IMG/VR virus record: IMGVR_UViG_3300005805_008062
Coordinates: 1-29,267 of that record
Reading direction: 5' to 3' (one strand)
Length of the DNA: 29,267 nucleotides
Source of the DNA: a virus
Lineage: Duplodnaviria > Caudoviricetes
In this document: one piece after another, positions 26,151-29,267 of the stretch
Layout of the letters: the number at the start of each line of letters is the position of its first letter
Position numbering within the stretch: the first letter of the stretch is position 1
Notes under the pieces: generated by a model
What the model was told of the DNA's origin: nothing
Seen by the model: the letters and a program-made list of their open reading frames with translations, nothing else
The model's database searches: none
Program-made: the position numbers and the translations under genes

Positions 26151-29100
26151 TAGACAACCTTCCTTACAACAATGCTTTGTGATGGGCTATCGGAAAACAC
26201 ACAATCTGTACTAATAACCCAATACTCTCCATTAATTATATCAAAAGAATCCATTGAAGATATTTTTATTCTATCTCCAAGTTGAATTCTTGGATTTGGC
26301 AATATATTTAAATTTATAATAGGAACTGGCTCACTCATTTTATTAATAATAAAATCTGCTATTTTTTGTGCTTTTTCTAAATTAGAAATAAATTCATTTT
26401 CTATAACTAATTCTTTAAGACCATATTTTCTAATATTGTCGTCAAGCTTTGCAACTTTCTCAACTACTTCACCTTTAGCTTCAGTAACAACAACTGGGAT
26501 GCCAGCAATTGACGCAAAAGCCTTAACATTGCTGGCAACATCCTCTCCTTCAACATAAACCAATGAACCCGAAGTTGTTGCATTAGAAGCGGCAATGATT
26601 AATTTTGCTCCGTAATGGTTTGGCTCAAATTTAATAAGCTCTATTAATGGCGGTGATGGTTCAATCAAATTAGTTATTAATGGATTTTGAACCCGAAATG
26701 CAGGCGATTTGTCAAACTTAATATCAAAACTAAGAACTTCTCGCACAAGAGCGTTATTGGAGTGGGCTGCAGCAACTGTGCCAAATTGTGCTCTTTCTGC
26801 CAACAAGAAAGCGTTGCTTGTTGTATTACTATATTTTATAATTTCATTATCTATTTTAAGATAACCCGATTTAGGGAATGGCGGTTTATCCGTAGTACTA
26901 ACAGGCAATGTATTGGATGTGCTGGTAATATTTGATTCAAGGTTTACAGTGCCTAAAGAAGTTGGGTCTTCAGCTCTCCACAAAGACTGCCGAGCAATCA
27001 GGTTGTTTGTTACTCCAGATATTTTTACAACTACCTTATTTGTTTGTAACTGAACATTATAACTGGCATCAATAATATTGGTTGTATCTGAAAAAATTTG
27101 TTGAACATTGGCGTGTTGATCTATTGTTGTTTCAAAAAAACGATAATAATGCTCATATCTGGCTTTTTCATTCTCATCTATATACAGCCGGCCAAGATCA
27201 GCCAGGCTTATGCTATCAATTATGCTTTGTGCAGTGGTATCGTTCCCATATATAAAAGGAAATACATCCGATGGTTGCATTTGCGTTTCTATATAATTAT
27301 TCAAATTCTGTTCATCGCTTAGGGATGTATTGAATATAACAAATTCATCAATTGTAAATTCCCGAATTGTAGATGGTGCTACTTCGGCTCCAGAAGTATA
27401 AGAGGCACCACGACCACCAATGCAAAGGTCTTTGTTGCCATAGGAAATTGGAGTACCCGTCAAGGTGATAGTGTTTGCTAAAACACCATTTACATAATAT
27501 TTTAAAATATTGCCTTTTAGTGCAAAAGACATTAGGTAAAAAGAAGAGCTAGATAACGCTGTATTGGATGAAATTATTTCAGTTCCTGATGATGTTACCA
27601 CCTTCATTCCGTGCATTGAGGAATTGTAAAATAATTCAAACCCAGAATTTGGGGTGGAGTTATTCCAGTTACTAATAAACTCACCATCACCAGAGAACGA
27701 ATTTGCATTAAACTTAACATATGTAGAAATTGTAAAATCACCAGTATATGTGTGAGAATTGCTTTCAAAAACATTATAAGATATGTCGTAAGGTATTCTT
27801 AAGTAAGAATTTGATGACAGAAGCAGACTCTTGTTGTCTGTATCAGAAACGACCCCTCCTGGTTGAGCCAGGGTGGGATTTCCTACATACATTGCATTAT
27901 TTCTCCTAGAAGCTCTTTCTATTTGATTCTGGCTGGAGACAACGGACCAGCGACCAGTACCGGAGTTAAAAGAAAGATATGATTGATTTGACCTACTACC
28001 AATTCTGTCTAAAGCAGCCATTGTTATTGTTTGATCAGAGTAAACCCAGTCAATACCGTTGCTATCATTTCGTTTTAACTTGATTTGAAAAGGCGCTCCG
28101 GTTTTAAGAGCACCAGTAAAAAACTCAATTCTTAATTCATACATTTTGCCAGCAGTTAAATTATAATTATCAGATTCCAGAGTTACTGTTGAATTAGTAC
28201 CAGACTCAACAGAATACCAGTCATTAATAATCAAAACTTTATCCAAATAGACGCGAACACCGCCTCTATTTATTAAAATCATTAAACTTTGATTTCCGGA
28301 TGTATCCGGAATGTAGAACCCATCAAAAACACCATTATAAAATTGCGTGACTGTACCGCCAGCATTTTTTGTAAAAGTGCCAGTGGTAAAGTTTAAAGCA
28401 ACTGGGTATGCTTGGTCTTGTGTTGATATAGTGTTTGAAACTGTTGTTAATGATGGAGTAAAATAAGCTTTAATATCCAAAGCCTTTTCCATAACAGTTA
28501 AGTCTTTATCGTTAGCATCTAAAAGGATGTCTTTGAGACCAACTAAGTCGTTAGATGTAACTTCTACAAATCTTGCTCTTAAAGAGCTAGCTACGGTTCT
28601 TGTTGCATTATCTCTATCAACAATGTTTTCGTTAAAATTATAATGCAAAATAGCATTATTTCTTGTATATGACTCCGAAGGTTTTGACAAATAAGTTATA
28701 TCTTTTTCAGGGAAATTAGAACTCATCAAAATGTTTTTAGTTGCAAAAGGTATTGTGGAGTCCTGAATAAAGAAGCCTTTGGTAAAAGTTTTTTCATTTA
28801 AAAATTTGCTCCAATTTGTTAATGAAGCGCTAACAATCATTGACGATGAAGCGGCTTGCCATTCATCTATATAAAAAACACCATAAGGAACGTATTCAAA
28901 GGTATCAAAATGCACAGTTGCGTTAGCATTATGGCTTCTGGCTATTGAGTCACCATAGCCTCTTTCAACAGCATTGAACAAAAATGGAGAATTCTTGGAG
29001 CAAAGAACATATTCTCTATTAATGGTATTTTTATCAATTGTTAATATAAAATTATTATCCCCACCCCCGTCTGGAAACCCAATTGTTGTCCCAACGGGGA

Positions 29101-29267
29101 TTGTATTAGAGTTGGCATTAATAGAAGTTGTTAAAAAAGTTGATATCTCGTAATCATTTGTTTTTTGAATTTGCCAACCGCCATATATAAAAAATTTTAA
29201 ATCTTTTTTCATATATTTTCCAAACAAAGAGTTTGAGCTAAATATATTAAAATCTTTACTATTATTA
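26150..29267 (-). CDS. Large tail protein with PA14-like and LamG-like domains (5'-partial)
   Basis: The frame stays open from 29227 to the window edge (NNSKDFNIFSSNSL). PA14-like GFYIP..G..GVRVYLD..LII.DW..LTAGKMYELRIEF; LamG-like FTIS..VK..YVNG..IGG..IDEF.IFN..LS; C-terminal NPRIQLGD.I. Confidence 0.8.
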   Translation of the reverse strand, partial: NNSKDFNIFSSNSLFGKYMKKDLKFFIYGGWQIQKTNDYEISTFLTTSINANSNTIPVGTTIGFPDGGGDNNFILTIDKNTINREYVLCSKNSPFLFNAVERGYGDSIARSHNANATVHFDTFEYVPYGVFYIDEWQAASSSMIVSASLTNWSKFLNEKTFTKGFFIQDSTIPFATKNILMSSNFPEKDITYLSKPSESYTRNNAILHYNFNENIVDRDNATRTVASSLRARFVEVTSNDLVGLKDILLDANDKDLTVMEKALDIKAYFTPSLTTVSNTISTQDQAYPVALNFTTGTFTKNAGGTVTQFYNGVFDGFYIPDTSGNQSLMILINRGGVRVYLDKVLIINDWYSVESGTNSTVTLESDNYNLTAGKMYELRIEFFTGALKTGAPFQIKLKRNDSNGIDWVYSDQTITMAALDRIGSRSNQSYLSFNSGTGRWSVVSSQNQIERASRRNNAMYVGNPTLAQPGGVVSDTDNKSLLLSSNSYLRIPYDISYNVFESNSHTYTGDFTISTYVKFNANSFSGDGEFISNWNNSTPNSGFELFYNSSMHGMKVVTSSGTEIISSNTALSSSSFYLMSFALKGNILKYYVNGVLANTITLTGTPISYGNKDLCIGGRGASYTSGAEVAPSTIREFTIDEFVIFNTSLSDEQNLNNYIETQMQPSDVFPFIYGNDTTAQSIIDSISLADLGRLYIDENEKARYEHYYRFFETTIDQHANVQQIFSDTTNIIDASYNVQLQTNKVVVKISGVTNNLIARQSLWRAEDPTSLGTVNLESNITSTSNTLPVSTTDKPPFPKSGYLKIDNEIIKYSNTTSNAFLLAERAQFGTVAAAHSNNALVREVLSFDIKFDKSPAFRVQNPLITNLIEPSPPLIELIKFEPNHYGAKLIIAASNATTSGSLVYVEGEDVASNVKAFASIAGIPVVVTEAKGEVVEKVAKLDDNIRKYGLKELVIENEFISNLEKAQKIADFIINKMSEPVPIINLNILPNPRIQLGDRIKISSMDSFDIINGEYWVISTDCVFSDSPSQSIVVRKVV

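Noticed and set aside
4141-27322. Other short plus-strand ORFs and same-strand shadow ORFs (e.g. 12472-12756, 15074-15277, 15710-15910, 21751-21951, 23283-23555)
   Set aside because: They lie inside well-supported genes and show no recognisable motifs, unlike 7686-8045.
1-29267. Stop-codon reassignment
   Set aside because: Coding density is high under the standard code, and TAA, TAG and TGA all end genes at sensible, often coupled, positions.

Overview
A dense, all-minus-strand segment of a large AT-rich tailed phage. The host is probably actinobacterial (WhiB, DnaE-type polymerase, leaderless-type promoters), and the gene order recalls large Streptomyces and freshwater actinophages. In transcription order (right to left): (1) tail module with a 5'-truncated PA14/LamG tail protein, a tail fibre with a Ser-Pro/Cys-rich C-terminus, two small accessory proteins, a prolyl-4-hydroxylase-type 2OG-Fe(II) oxygenase and a minor tail protein; (2) HNH endonuclease; (3) metallophosphoesterase, Zn-ribbon, MerR-like HTH, WhiB, DnaB, primase, SSB, tRNA(CAT), HAD-fold protein, DnaE; (4) three GT-B glycosyltransferases plus a methyltransferase; (5) RecA, resolvase, C5-cytosine methyltransferase, Cas4-like nuclease, RuvC, HTH, YkgJ-like Cys-cluster protein; (6) small and large terminase, then more glycosyltransferases. 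Best leads: an exactly 42-bp phased four-unit repeat between terS and terL that also reads as an SD-led repeat peptide coupled to terL; a second SD-led gene nested in the +1 frame of the methyltransferase; a candidate proline-hydroxylation/glycosylation system for an extensin-like tail tip; a tRNA abutting the next start codon; and an unannotated carbamoyltransferase remnant. All family calls come from motif recognition by eye, not database searches.
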